From an uncultured Gammaproteobacteria bacterium (GTDB lineage Bacteria; Pseudomonadota; Gammaproteobacteria; Steroidobacterales; Steroidobacteraceae), in NCBI GenBank assembly GCA_963813755.1, contig CAWEZY010000004.1:346565-410564 (forward strand): 64,000 nucleotides of DNA, given 5' to 3'. Shown piece by piece: positions 19,480 through 29,709 of the stretch. The notes beneath the pieces were generated by a model. That model was given only the letters and a program-made list of their open reading frames with translations. It made no database searches and was not told the DNA's origin. Each line of letters opens with the position of its first letter. The stretch's first letter is position 1. The position numbers and the translations under genes were made by a program.

Positions 19480-22400
19480 ATACCAAACTCATCGTGCTGG
19501 CCTTGGTCCTGGCGTTCGCTTGCTCGCTGCCCAAGGGTGCGCACGCGCAATCCTGCTCGAACACCAATGTGACCGAGAATTTCACGGGCACGACCACCAA
19601 TTGCTCGTGGAACTATTTCGGCGGCGCCTGCCTCACGGCGAGCAAGACACCGGGATCGGGCAATCCGGGACAGCTGCCGGGCTGCGTGGCCTCGCCCTAC
19701 TACAACGGGGTGACCCTGGTGGGCGGCAACACCGGAACCCTTCCGGATTTGCCCCCTCCCGCCGTCGGCGGCGGCGGCGCCTTGCGCTTGACCAACGATT
19801 CCGACCAGGAACGCGGCACCATCATTTCCAACGTGCCCTTTTCGCTCAGCGCCTCGGGGCTGCAGGTCACCTTCACCACCGAAACCTACGAAGGCGACAG
19901 CGGCGGTGCCAATAAAGACGGCGCGGACGGCATCAGCTTCTTCCTGCAGGACGCGAGCGCGCCGGTGAACTATGGCGATGCGGGCGGCAGCTTGGGCTAC
20001 ACCTGCTCCAACCAGAACGGCCCCCCTACGGGATACCCCTCTTATGACGGCATGGTCGGCGGCTATCTCGGGCTCGGCATCGACGAGTTCGGCAACTTTT
20101 TGAACGGCAACACCATCAACTCCTCGGGCGTGTCTACTTATTCCGGCGACAACACCTCGAGCGGCTATGGTTACGTGCCCAACCGGGTGGGGCTGCGCGG
20201 CGCCGGCAGCACGGCCTGGGCGAATCTGAGCACGAATGCGGCGACCATAATCTACTACCCGTTGACGCTGACCGCCGCTCAGCAGCAAGCCGCGGTGCGG
20301 CAGGCCTGCCAGACCGGGTATGCGTGGAATTATTCGAGCATGGCGTCTCCGGCAGGCGGGGGACCCAACGTCAACGGCGTGCCGAACCCCTATGGTGCGA
20401 CTCCGGTGACCTCGGTCAAGTTGCCGAACTACGCCGCGATTCCGAACGCCTGGAGGCTTCTCAGCAAGAACATCGCGAACGAGGCGGCGCTGTATCGAGG
20501 CTACGGCACCGCCTCGACCAGCGGCGCCAATTACGGCGTGCCCATCAGCTACAATTTGACCATTACCAAAGACGGGCTGTTGACCCTCTCGTACAGTTAC
20601 AACGGCGGCAATTACCAGCCCGTCATCACCGGGCAGAGCATCCTGGCCGCCAACGGCCCGCTGCCGGCCAACGTCCGCTTCGGCTTCGCCGGTTCGACCG
20701 GCGGCTCGCGGAACATTCACGAGATCATGTGTTTTCAGGCGCAGCCGCAGAACAGCGCATCGAGCTCCGCCGGCCTCAACCAAAAGCAGACCGCCAAGGT
20801 CCAGACCGGCACCCAGGTTTACTTCGCCTTCTACAACGCGAACAACTGGACCGGGGCGCTGACCTCGCAGTACCTGGATTCGCCCGACGGTAATCCGAAC
20901 GACCTGCAGATCGACCCGGCCGTCAACTGGGATGCATCCTGCGTCCTTACCGGCCTGGCGGAGGGCGCCACCTGCCCGACGAGCGGCGCACCGAGCGTCG
21001 CGGCCGAGGACCCGGATGCCGGACGAGTCATTATCACGGCCACCAACCCCCTGCCCGTCGTAAGCCCTGCCGGAACCCAAGCCGCCACGGGCATCCCGTT
21101 CACCTGGACTACCGCCGGCGCCACCAGCTTATCGGCCGCTCAACAGACGAACTTGAATTACGGCGATCCGGCGGCGACGGCGGGCAATTGGCCGTACAAG
21201 TCGAATTTGCGGCTGGAGTATCTGCGCGGCCTGCGCAGCAATGAACAAAACTCATCCGGGGTCGATCCCAATACGCCGGCGATCAATCCGAGCGGCTTTC
21301 GCAAGCGCACCAGCGTGCTCGGCGACATCGTCGATTCGAGCCCGACCTGGGTGGGAGCTCCTTCGGCCACCTTCCCCGCGACCTGGACGGACAATCTGTA
21401 CACGGGCACGGCGCTGCCGGAAAACAGCGGCTCCAGCTACGCCAGTTTTGAATCGACGTACGTATCTCGCATGAACGTCGTCTATGCGGGCGCCAACGAC
21501 GGCTTCCTGCACGGCTTTCGCACGGGATATTTCGACAGCAACGGCAAGTACGACGGCTCCACCAATATCGAGCGGCACCTTTGTCGGCACCGATAACGAC
21601 GGCCAGGAAGTCTTGGCGTACATGCCCGCCTACGTGGTCAACTCCATCAACAGTTCCACGACATTCGAACCACGAACGGCAACCACCAGTCCGAATATCG
21701 CGAACGATTACACCAATCCGCAGTACGCGCATAAATTCAACGTCGACGCCACGCCCGGGACCGGCGATCTGTTCTACGGCGGCCAGTGGCATTCCTGGCT
21801 GGTCGGGGGACTCGGCGCGGGCGGCAGCGCGATCTACGCCCTCGATATCACCAACCCCGGCACGGCGCCCACGTTTGCGGACAGCAAATTCACGCAAGGC
21901 AATGCGTCGGGCCTGGTCGATCGGCGAGTGGAGCAGCGCGCTCGTCACCACCACGACCAACACCGGTGGCGTCTACTCTTACCACGGTGACCGGCGGTTC
22001 CGCCACCTTTGTGTGCGCGGGCAATACGACCTGCGGCTATAGTTTGGGCAAGACCTACGGCACGCCCCAGATCCGGCGATTTCACAACACCCCCGCCAAC
22101 ACGGCCGGAGGCGCCACTTCGTGGGGGGCGGTGTTCGGCAACGGTACCGGCAGCTACAACGGCGATGCCGGCATTTTCGTCATGCTGGCGAGCAACACGG
22201 TGGGAGCGCAGCCCACATTTTATTATCTCAGCACCGGAGTGGGCTCGAGAACGGGTACTCCCAACGGGATTTACTATGTCACGGCCGGCCGATCTCGACG
22301 GCGATCACCTCATCGACTACGTCTACGCCGGCGACCTTCTGGGCAATGTCTGGCGCTTCGATTTGACCAGCCAGGATCCCAGCAAATGGGCGGTGACCAA

Positions 22401-23341
22401 GGTGGGCGGCACCCCGACGCCGATCTATACGACGCCGGGAGGCAAGCTGCAGCCGATCACCACCAAGCTCGTGGTCGCCTCGGTCGCCTCGACCAGCACC
22501 AATCCCCGGGTCATGGTGGAGTTCGGCACCGGGCAGCAAACTGCGTTCACCAATAACGCTCCCGCCACCTACTCCACCTCGCAGCAATATCTCATCGGCG
22601 TGTGGGACTGGAATCTGAGCGCGTGGAACAGCGACGACATCGCCCGTGAAATACGACGCCTTGTCCTCGAGCTCGACGCCGGTGGCGCCGGCTTCGGCCC
22701 TGTCCGGTCTCGAGCCAGCTGCAGCAGCAGACCATCACCGGCACCTACGATCCCAACTCGGCGGCCAGCAGCGCCTCGAGCACGGCGGCCAACAACGCCT
22801 ACTACCGGACCGTATCGAACAGCGGCCATTTGCTGGGCCGACCAGAGCGGCTGTTCGGGTGCTCGGGACAATACGGCTGGTATATGGCGCTCGGCACCGG
22901 ATTACGCGAATCAATACGATCCGAATTACCCGACCGGCAGCATCACCACCAGTTCGCAGCAGGTCTACGAGCAGGTCATATTCAGCCCCACTTTGGCGGA
23001 CGGCGCTTTCCTGGTGAACACCACGATTCCGCCGACCACCGTCGCTGGCCGAATGCTTGGCGACCTCGGCGGGCGGCTGGACCATGGCGATCAATCCGGC
23101 CACCGGGGGTGCGTTCACCAATTCGTTCTTCGGCGATGCGAACCACAATTTTCTCAACATCAACAATCAAATCCGTGAGCGGCATCGCGTTGAGCGGCAC
23201 CGGCAGTCGCCTCGGTGGTGACTGCGGGAACCAACACGTTCCTTGTCACCCAGACGTCGGCGGAACGGGCGCACTCGCGCAGATCAATCCGCCCGGCGGG
23301 CCACCAAGGGCAGTCGGCTCACCTGGATCGAGAAACGCTAA
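19476..23341 (+). pseudogene. pilY1: PilY1-family pilus tip adhesin with lectin-like N-terminal module, >=6 frame disruptions downstream of 21.6 kb
   Basis: ATG overlaps the pilX stop. 19476..21596 is an intact 706-aa segment with signal peptide MNTKLIVLALVLAFACSLPKGAHA. Later segments in shifting frames carry PilY1/PilC propeller hallmarks: GFLHGFRTGYFD, YAHKFNVDATPGTGDLFYGGQWHSWLVGGLGAGGSAIYALDITNP, a Ca-site-like ADLDGDHLIDYVYAGDLLGNVWRFDL, and VMVEFGTGQ...QQYLIGVWDW. It ends ...RLTWIEKR* at 23341. Confidence 0.8.
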
Positions 23342-23369
23342 CCGTGAAAACGCGATCCAGCGAAAGGCG

Positions 23370-23870
23370 ATGCCCCATGAACACGACATCTTTCGGCGCG
23401 GCAGATCGCCGAGCCGCAGGTTGAAGGCTCGGGGGTTCACCCTCATCGAGCTGCTCATCGCCATGGTGATCGTGGCGATTCTGGCCTCCATCGCCATTCC
23501 CTCGTACCAGGCGTACGTGCTCAGATCGCACCGCACCGACGCCAAGTCGGCGTTGCTCGACATGGCGAGCCTGGAGGAGCGCTTTTTCAGCACCAACAAC
23601 ACCTACAGTCAGACGCCGACCGATCTTGGCTACACCGGTGCGGTGGTACCATTCACCATCGGCCAACGGCTACTACCAGATCACCGCCCTCACGGTGGTC
23701 GCGCCGGCTCCGCCCGCCGGCGGAATCAACGGAACGCCGGCGACCTATGCGATCACCGCCCGGCGATCGGCAATCAAGCCCAAGATACCACAGTGCCTGA
23801 CGTTCACCATCAATTCCGCGGGGCAGCAAACCGCCACCCCCGACCGGCCGGGAGATTGCTGGTCAGATAG
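23370..23870 (+). pseudogene. pilE: type IV minor pilin PilE-like, >=2 frame disruptions; 3' end uncertain
   Basis: ATG 23370. Reads ...RRLKARG|FTLIELLIAMVIVAILASIAIPSYQAYVLRSHRTDAKSALLDMASLEERFFSTNNTY. The C-terminal part is in other frames (NGYYQITALTV..., QCLTFTINSAGQQTATPDRPGDCW disulfide loop). Confidence 0.65.
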
Positions 23871-24438
23871 CTTCGTGTCTAGCGCATTCGGCGTCGGCGG
23901 CCGGTTCGGTTTCCGCGCCCGCCCGACTGCCGCCCTACTGCGCGCTGTATCCGCGCCCTTCGATGCAGGCCATCATCGCCCGCTGATAATCGGAAGCCGC
24001 CCGCCGCGCCCTGCCCGTTCTGCTGCGCGGCCCATTGCTGGCATTCGCGCCGGTCGGTGGCCTGCTGCTCTCGCTTTGGCCATTCATCGGGTACATGAAG
24101 ATCTGCCCCGATTGACCCGCAGATCGCCCGGCCCCGACGCTCGCCGCTGGCCGGTCGTCCCCGCCGCGGCGCCGCTCGGATCCGCCACCGGCGGCGGATC
24201 GGTCGCCGTATAGCCCTGGTAGTCCGGGTTCCAGGTGTAGTACACGTCATTGGCGTAGTAGTACGGGACGCCGGCGTACCAGTAGGTCACGTAGGCAACT
24301 GGCAGCACCGGCAGAAACCAGGCAAAGCCCGTAGCCGTAGTAGGCCCGCGGCCAGTAGCCGCCATGCCAATAGCCGCCGCCCCAATAGGCGCCGGTCGAA
24401 TAGCCGTGATAGCCGGCGTAACCGCCACGATAGGCGCC

Positions 24439-24522
24439 GCCATGATAGCCGCCGTAACCGCCACGATAGCCGCCGTAGCCGCCATGATAGCCGCCATAAC
24501 CGCCACGATAGCCGCCGTAGCC
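24439..24522 (-). repeat. 42-nt tandem repeat x2 (one mismatch) encoding GGY(R/H)GGYGGY units
   Basis: Units 24439-24480 and 24481-24522 (gccatgatagccgccgtaaccgccacgatagccgccgtagcc) differ at one base. The flanks continue the 9/12-nt GGY periodicity. Confidence 0.9.
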
Positions 24523-24665
24523 GCCACGATAACCGTTCGTCGACGCATGATAACCGCCCCCGGGGGCACTGTAGCCATGCGCTCCACCCGCATAGGCCGC
24601 CGCATGAGCGCTCCCGCCCCAATGCCCACCACCCAACGCCGACCCACGGCCCCTGCCACCCATAT

Positions 24666-24719
24666 GCCCGCCGCCGCCCGTGTGCCCGCCGCCGCCCGTG
24701 TGCCCACCGCCGCCCGTGT
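24666..24719 (-). repeat. 18-nt tandem repeat x3 encoding HTGGGG
   Basis: gcccgccgccgcccgtgt occurs three times (the third copy has one substitution). The minus-strand translation is HTGGGGHTGGGGHTGGGGH. Confidence 0.95.
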
Positions 24720-24930
24720 GCGCTTGTGCAAGCCCGGCCGCAAGCGCCAGGGTGGACCCCAAGAGTCCGGCCGCCAGAAGCTGTCGTTTAATCATGATTG
24801 CACCCTCCGGAGAAGCCACTCGGATGGCAAACCAGTTCACCCTTGTGGGAATTAACGCAGATCAAGGCATTTGGTGCACATGACTCATTCAAGGCCGCCG
24901 GGCATGCCGATGCCGGCGCGATGCCCCGCG

Positions 24931-27081
24931 CTAATTCACCCGCCATGCGGCAGTGAACATAATATAGGCTACCCGGCCGGGTGCGGCTTCAAAATAGCGC
25001 GCATTGCTCTCATTCACGATGACGGAGCCGACATAGGTCCGGTTGGCGAGGTTGTCCACGCGAGCGAATTCGCTGAATCGCCAGCCTTCGGTTTCCTGTT
25101 CGAGGCCGGCCCCCAGGTTCCAAACCCAATAGCCCGCGGCCGCCGCCGTATTGCGGTCATTGGCGTAGATCTGTGCGCGCCCTTGAGTCTCGAGCAGGGT
25201 CGAAAAGCCCCATGGGCCATAACACCAGTTGAGATTCGCGTACAGCGCATTCAGGGGCACTGCGGGCAGGTAGCTGCCGGGCTCGACGATCGCGGGTTTG
25301 CACGGCGTGCCGACGCAGGTCGCATACGGTTGGTCCACCACCGCATGAATGTAGGTGTACGCCAGCCGCGAGCTGAATCCGCCCGCCCAGGACGCGTCGA
25401 CGGCGAGTTCAGCCCCGCGCCGCGTGGTGTCTCCAATGTTTTGTTCGACCGCCCGACCGTTGAAATTCTGCAGCACCGCGAGCTCATCGCGGGTCTCGAT
25501 ATAGAAGGCGGCAAGTTCGGCGCGCACCCGACCGGAAACCTGCTTGATGCCGACCTCGTAGTTATTGCTGCGCGCCGGCTGCAGCCCGATGTTCAGCCCC
25601 GGCAGGCTCCCATCCGCGGAGCGATAGGCGAGATCGTTCAGCGTCGGCGTTTCGAAGCCCTTGCCGTACGCGGCGTACAGAATGACGGCCGGGCTCGCAT
25701 GAAAGAGCGCGGCCGCCACCGGATCGACCGCCGTATAACGCAGGCTGCTGTGCGGCTGTCGGCACCCGGCAGATCGTCGTTCGAGCTCACCTCGACCAGG
25801 TTATTGCGCACGCCCGCGGTGAGGCGCCAGAGCGCATCGGGATCCCACTGCGTCTGCAGATATTGATCGAAGTCGTACACATGATTCGACTCGTTACGGC
25901 GCAGCTCGCCCTGGCACGCCCAATTCGTTGCCGACGTAGTTCAAGAACCCCATGCGCTGTTCTTCCAGATCGTCATAGGCGAGCCCGCCCACGGTCTGCA
26001 GCGCGGTGCCGCCGAGCGCGCGCTGATCGGTCATATGCACATCGATGCCCCAAAAATCGCGGTCCAGATCGATGACTCCGCCCGGATACAGCGGCCTCGC
26101 CTCCTCGGTCGCTTGCGGAATGGCTTGAAACTGCGTAGTGGCACGATGCCCCGCGTAGAGCGTGGCGGACAGATCGTCGGCCGAGGTGAGCTTGTCGTCG
26201 AACACCGCGCCGATCTGCTCCTGAGCGAGCGATTTGCGCGTGTTGTACGGCACGGCGCCGGTGCCCGCCTGACTCGGGTTTGCCGCGAGCTGCGCTTGTG
26301 TGAGACCCAGAGGATCCTGCACGAAGGGGGTTTCGACCACATTCGCCACGAAAGTCAGGGTCGCCGCGGAGCTCAGCGGGAGGCGCAGCTTCGCGTTGAA
26401 ATTGTTGCGCTCCGCGTTACTGTGGAAGCGATAGCCGTCGGTTTGAAAATGCACGGCATCCACCACGTAATTGACGATGCCGTCGTCGCCCGTCGTCTTC
26501 AGCGCGTAGCGCTGGGTGTTGAACGTGCCGTACTGCGCCGTGCCGTCGATGAAGTAACCTGGTTTGGCGTCCTCGGTGAAGATCGCGATCACGCCGCCCG
26601 ACGAATTGCCATAGAGCGCCGAGAACGGACCGCGCAGCACCTCCATGCGGCCGGCGGATCCCAAATCGAATTGCGAGAACTGGCCCTGACCGTCGGGCAT
26701 GGTGCCGGGAATGCCGTCCGAGTACAGCCGCACGCCGCGCACGCCGAAGCTCGCGCGTGCGCCGAAGCCGCGCACCGACAGCTGCTCGTCCTGTGCGTAG
26801 TTCTGCCGGCTCTGCGCCGACACGCCGGGCACGGTCACCAGGGACTCGGAGATGTTCACCTGCAGTTGCCCTACTTGAATGGTGGCTTGATCCACCCGAT
26901 CGATCGAGGCGGGAATATCGAAGCTCGATTGCAGAACCCGGGTCGCGGTCACCACCAGGGGCGATAAATCCGGCGCGGATTCAACCGCGACTTCGGCACG
27001 GGCGCCGCCCTGATAAGCGCACGCCAACAAAAGCGACCACCCGGCCAAATCGCCATTGATCTTCGCATAGACGGTGATCAT
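24931..27081 (-). pseudogene. TonB-dependent outer-membrane receptor, two frame disruptions
   Basis: Fragments 25894..27081, 25638..25880 and 24931..25719 give a signal peptide, a plug (LVVTATRV...DIPASIDRVD...ESLVTVPGV...RGFG...VLRGPFSALYGNSSGGVI), a long beta-barrel and the C-terminus ...RVAYIMFTAAWRVN*. Frame changes near 25890 and 25730. Confidence 0.85.
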
Positions 27082-27213
27082 CCCCCTCGTCCGCGGCGAT
27101 CCTCCGGCATTGGCCGCGCCGACATGTTCAAACCCTTAACGGCATGTTATGTGATCGCGGCGACGAGCGCATCGAGCGGCGATCCCGCATCGCTGTCGGA
27201 TCGGCCGGCGCTT

Positions 27214-27293
27214 GTGCGAACTGGTCCACAAAAAGCGGCATGCATTGGCCCGCGCGGCCGGATCCGGCGCTTCCTTGAGTCGAACTGCGACAT
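27214..27293 (+). promoter_or_regulatory. P1 leader with two sequence islands shared with the P2 leader
   Basis: GTGCGAACTGG(n)CCACAAAA lies at 27214-27234 (212 nt before the ATG) and CTGCGACAT at 27285-27293 (141 nt before the ATG). The same islands recur before P2 at 210 nt and 141 nt. Confidence 0.35.
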
Positions 27294-27425
27294 GGTACGG
27301 ACGCAGCGGCAGATTTGTTCGCTAGCATCGAAATCGGACGCAGCCGCGGTACGCCGCCGAGCGCGCATGTGGTTGGCATCTCAACGAGCGGAGCCCCAAT
27401 GCGTACAGGACAGAGGACGCCCATC

Positions 27426-28061
27426 ATGAAAACACCGGTTGTCTTGAGAATTGCTGGGCGCTGCATCATTGGCACTGCCGCTCATGGCGTTCGCGGAATC
27501 GAATGTTCAAACGGGTGCGGCGACCGCCGCGCCGGGTGCGACCGCGCACGTGGATTTCTCGATCGTGATTCCGAAGATCCTTTATTTGCGCGTCGGCACC
27601 GGATCCAGTTACACGGTTGGGACACTGAGCAACAAGCGACCGTCAATCTGATCACATTTTCCCCGACCGCGGCCCAGGTCGGAAACGGCACCGCGGTTGC
27701 CGGCGCCGGCAGGCAATCTTGCGCGGCGGCACGGTGACCGCGGCCCTCGTCAGCAACAGCGGCAACGTCACGCTGAAGGCCACCGCGGCCGGCGCGCTCC
27801 TCGACGTCGCCGGCGACTCGATTGGGTTCACACAAATCAAAACGACCTCTGCGGCCGGCTTCTATCCCACCCTTCTACCCGCGCCGGTTCTGCAGAACGG
27901 CGTCAGCGCCAATATCCTCATACGGCGCCGGCCTCGAAGATCATCAAAACGGAGCCAGGTGGACGTTCACCTACGCCAACGCCAATCTGGTGCCGGCCGG
28001 CACCTACGGCGGTGTCAACGTGCGCAACGGCCGCGTGGTCTACACGGCGACGATGCCGTGA
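27426..28061 (+). pseudogene. secreted beta-rich fibre-subunit candidate P1 (unknown family), >=4 frame disruptions
   Basis: Read across the frame changes: MKTPVVLR.LLGAASLALPLMAFA|ESNVQTGAATAAPGATAHVDFSIVIPKILYLRVGTGSSYTVGTLSNK.ATVNLITFSPTAAQVGNGTAVAGAG..GTVTAALVSNSGNVTLKATAAGALLDVAGDSIGFTQIKTTSAAGFYPTLLPAPVLQNGVSANIL.TAPASKIIKTE.RWTFTYANANLVPAGTYGGVNVRNGRVVYTATMP*. In the two N-terminal segments I compared codon by codon, differences from P2 are mostly third-position in the chosen frame, which supports those frames as coding. ATG and stop are in the same frame, 636 nt apart. Confidence 0.6.
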
Positions 28062-28063
28062 GG

Positions 28064-28094
28064 GTTCGCACGCGCCTCCGATCTGCGTGCGAAC
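28064..28094 (+). terminator. perfect 10-bp stem-loop 3 nt after the P1 stop (attenuator or mRNA-stabilising hairpin candidate; no U-tract)
   Basis: GTTCGCACGC (28064-28073), an 11-nt loop, then GCGTGCGAAC (28085-28094), followed by TGGCGCACAAAATCC rather than a T-run. Confidence 0.4.
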
Positions 28095-28164
28095 TGGCGC
28101 ACAAAATCCAAAGCGAAATTGCCGTTGCAGTCGAGTTCTCGAGCCGGCCACAAATCTGCGACAT
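28087..28164 (+). promoter_or_regulatory. P2 leader with the same two islands as the P1 leader
   Basis: GTGCGAACTGGCGCACAAAA lies at 28087-28106 and CTGCGACAT at 28156-28164, at 210 and 141 nt before ATG 28297. The first island doubles as the 3' arm of the post-P1 hairpin. Confidence 0.35.
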
Positions 28165-28296
28165 CGTTCAATTCCGCCGCAAACCTTAATCCGTAGTATT
28201 GTCCCGCGAATGAAGCTGCGATAGGCGGCCAGGCGCTTCAGGCAGCCGATACCAAATTAAAGAACCGTACCGTCACCACAGCACAGGAAGCAGATC

Positions 28297-28932
28297 ATGA
28301 AGACATCGATGGCATTGAAAACCTTGTTGGGCGCAGCGTCACTGGCGCTGCCGCTCATGGCGTTCGCGGAATCGAACGTTCAAACGGGTGCCGGCCCGCT
28401 CACCGCGACGGCGCACGTCGACTTTCAGATCGTGATTCCGAAGATTCTGTACCTGCGCGTCGGCACCGGCTCCGCGTACACGACCGGGGCGCTGGTCAGC
28501 GATCCGACACGGTCGATCTGATCACCTTTTCGCCCACGGCAGCTCAGGTGGGCAACGGCACCGCCATGGCCGGCATCGGCGGCGATCTGACGGCGGCGTC
28601 GAGACCGCGGCCGTGGTGAGCAACAGCGGCAACGTCACGCTGAACGCCACGGCCACCGGCGCTGACGCGACGGCCGCGGGCGACGTCATTCCGTACACTC
28701 AGATCACCGCGACCGCCGCGACGCTGACCTCTGCCACTGCGCTGCCTGCGTCCGGTGGTGAACAACGGCACCAGTGCGCAACGTCGTGATCACCGCGCCG
28801 GCCACCAAGGTCATCGTTCAAGATGCCAAGTGGACGTTCGCCTACGCCAACCCGCGCTGCCTGCCGACCGGCACGTACGGCGGTGTCAACACCAACAGCG
28901 GCCGCGTGGTCTACACGGCCACGATGCCGTAA
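28297..28932 (+). pseudogene. secreted beta-rich fibre-subunit candidate P2 (tandem paralogue of P1), 4 frame disruptions
   Basis: AGGAAG RBS. Reads MKTSMALKTLLGAASLALPLMAFA|ESNVQTGAGPLTATAHVDFQIVIPKILYLRVGTGSAYTTGALVSD.DTVDLITFSPTAAQVGNGTAMAGIGGDLT.GGVETAAVVSNSGNVTLNATATGADATAAGDVIPYTQITATAATLTSATALPA.PVVNNGTSA.NVVITAPATKVIVQDAKWTFAYANPRCLPTGTYGGVNTNSGRVVYTATMP*. Also exactly 636 nt from ATG to an in-frame stop. Confidence 0.6.
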
Positions 28933-28955
28933 CGCGAGCGGAACGGCGCCTTGCG

Positions 28956-29709
28956 ATGCGCGACAACTCGCCATTGCCGCCGGCGTCACTGCCCGCGGTG
29001 ACGCCGGCAAAGCTCGGGGCGCGAGTCTCCGATTTCGCGCAACCCGAGAGGATCACGCTGCGCCGAGTCCTGTGCGCCGCGGCCCTGGTCGCGGCCCTGA
29101 GTCGGTGGCGATCGCAAAAGCATCCGGCGTTCACGGTCACGATGAGCCGCGGCCACGCCGCAGACCATTTACCTGCAGGTCGGCGTCGGCAGCTTCACGA
29201 CCGACTACATCGCCGGCGGCCAGCCGCAGAACAACGCCACCATCAACATGGTATCGGCGACGGTGGCCGCGACGGCGCTCTGGGCAACGGCACCGCGCAG
29301 GCGATGACGACGAACAGCACCACCACGCAAGAGCTTTTATGACGGCTACGCGTATTGCACGCGTGCCGGCGGGCCAGCTCTACATCGGCGGCTTCTATCG
29401 CACCACCGGCGCGACCGGCGCCGCGGCCCAGGTCACCGCCACCGTGCCGGCGGCATTGACCAACGCCGGCGGCAGCACGATTCCGTTTTCAAAAATCAGT
29501 TGGACCTCGAGCGGCAACGGCGATACGGGCAGCCCTGCCCGAGCCGTTTCCCGCGGGCACCTTCGTCAACGGCGGCGTGCAGAACGTGGGCTCCATGGCG
29601 CAGCAACACCTGGAACGAGAGCTGCTGGACGTTCTCCTATCTGAACAACACCGTCCCGCCGGCCGGCACCTTCACCGGGCGGGTCGTGTACACGCTGACC
29701 TCGCCATGA
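28956..29709 (+). pseudogene. secreted fibre-subunit candidate P3 (divergent paralogue of P1/P2), >=3 frame disruptions; start uncertain
   Basis: Begins 23 nt after the P2 stop. Hydrophobic signal-like RRVLCAAALVAALS, then in shifting frames ...TPQTIYLQVGVGSFTTDYIAGGQPQNNATINMVSATVAATAL..., ...IARVPAGQLYIGGFYRTTGATGAAAQVTATVPAALTNAGGSTIPFSKISWTSSGNGDTGS..., ...FPAGTFVNGGVQNVG... and ...CWTFSYLNNTVPPAGTFTGRVVYTLTSP*. It shares the YL(R/Q)VG(T/V)GS and WTF.Y.N...P.GT..G.V.YT.T.P strands with P1/P2. Confidence 0.5.

Larger units (their letters stand above)
23935..24795 (-). pseudogene. secreted Gly/Tyr/His-rich repeat protein with conserved Cys-containing C-terminal domain, >=2 frame disruptions
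   Basis: From Met-16 of ORF 24247..24840: signal peptide MIKRQLLAAGLLGSTLALAAGLAQA, then HTGGGG x3 and GGY(R/H)GGYGGY repeats. Other frames then give ...GFAWFLPVLPVAYVTYWYAGVPYYYANDVYYTWNPDYQGYTATDPP..., ...IFMYPMNGQSE...ATDRRECQQWAAQQNG... and ...SDYQRAMMACIEGRGYSAQ* (stop at 23935-23937). Confidence 0.55.

Noticed and set aside
24364-24855. 163-aa plus-strand ORF rich in Ala/Ile/Thr/Val across the repeat region.
   Set aside because: It is the antisense reading of the GGY/HTGGGG repeats. The minus-strand frame has a signal peptide and a conserved C-terminal domain, so the plus-strand ORF is a repeat shadow.
27082-27425. Cobalamin riboswitch, Fur box or sigma-54 promoter in the 344-nt region between the TonB-dependent receptor and P1.
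   Set aside because: There is no GCCACTG B12 box and no GATAATGATAATCATTATC-like palindrome. TGGTCCACAAAAAGC at 27222 has GG-N10-GC spacing but a poor -12 element, its P2 counterpart lacks the GC, and no enhancer-binding protein gene is nearby.
27426-28932. Programmed ribosomal frameshifting in P1 and P2, because both paralogues change frame between the same conserved blocks.
   Set aside because: It would need 4 or more shifts per 636-nt gene with no shared slippery motif. The junctions are compatible with single-base losses in GG/CC dinucleotides. Single-copy housekeeping genes in the window show the same kind of damage. Coincident block boundaries are expected when shifts can only be localised to variable loops.
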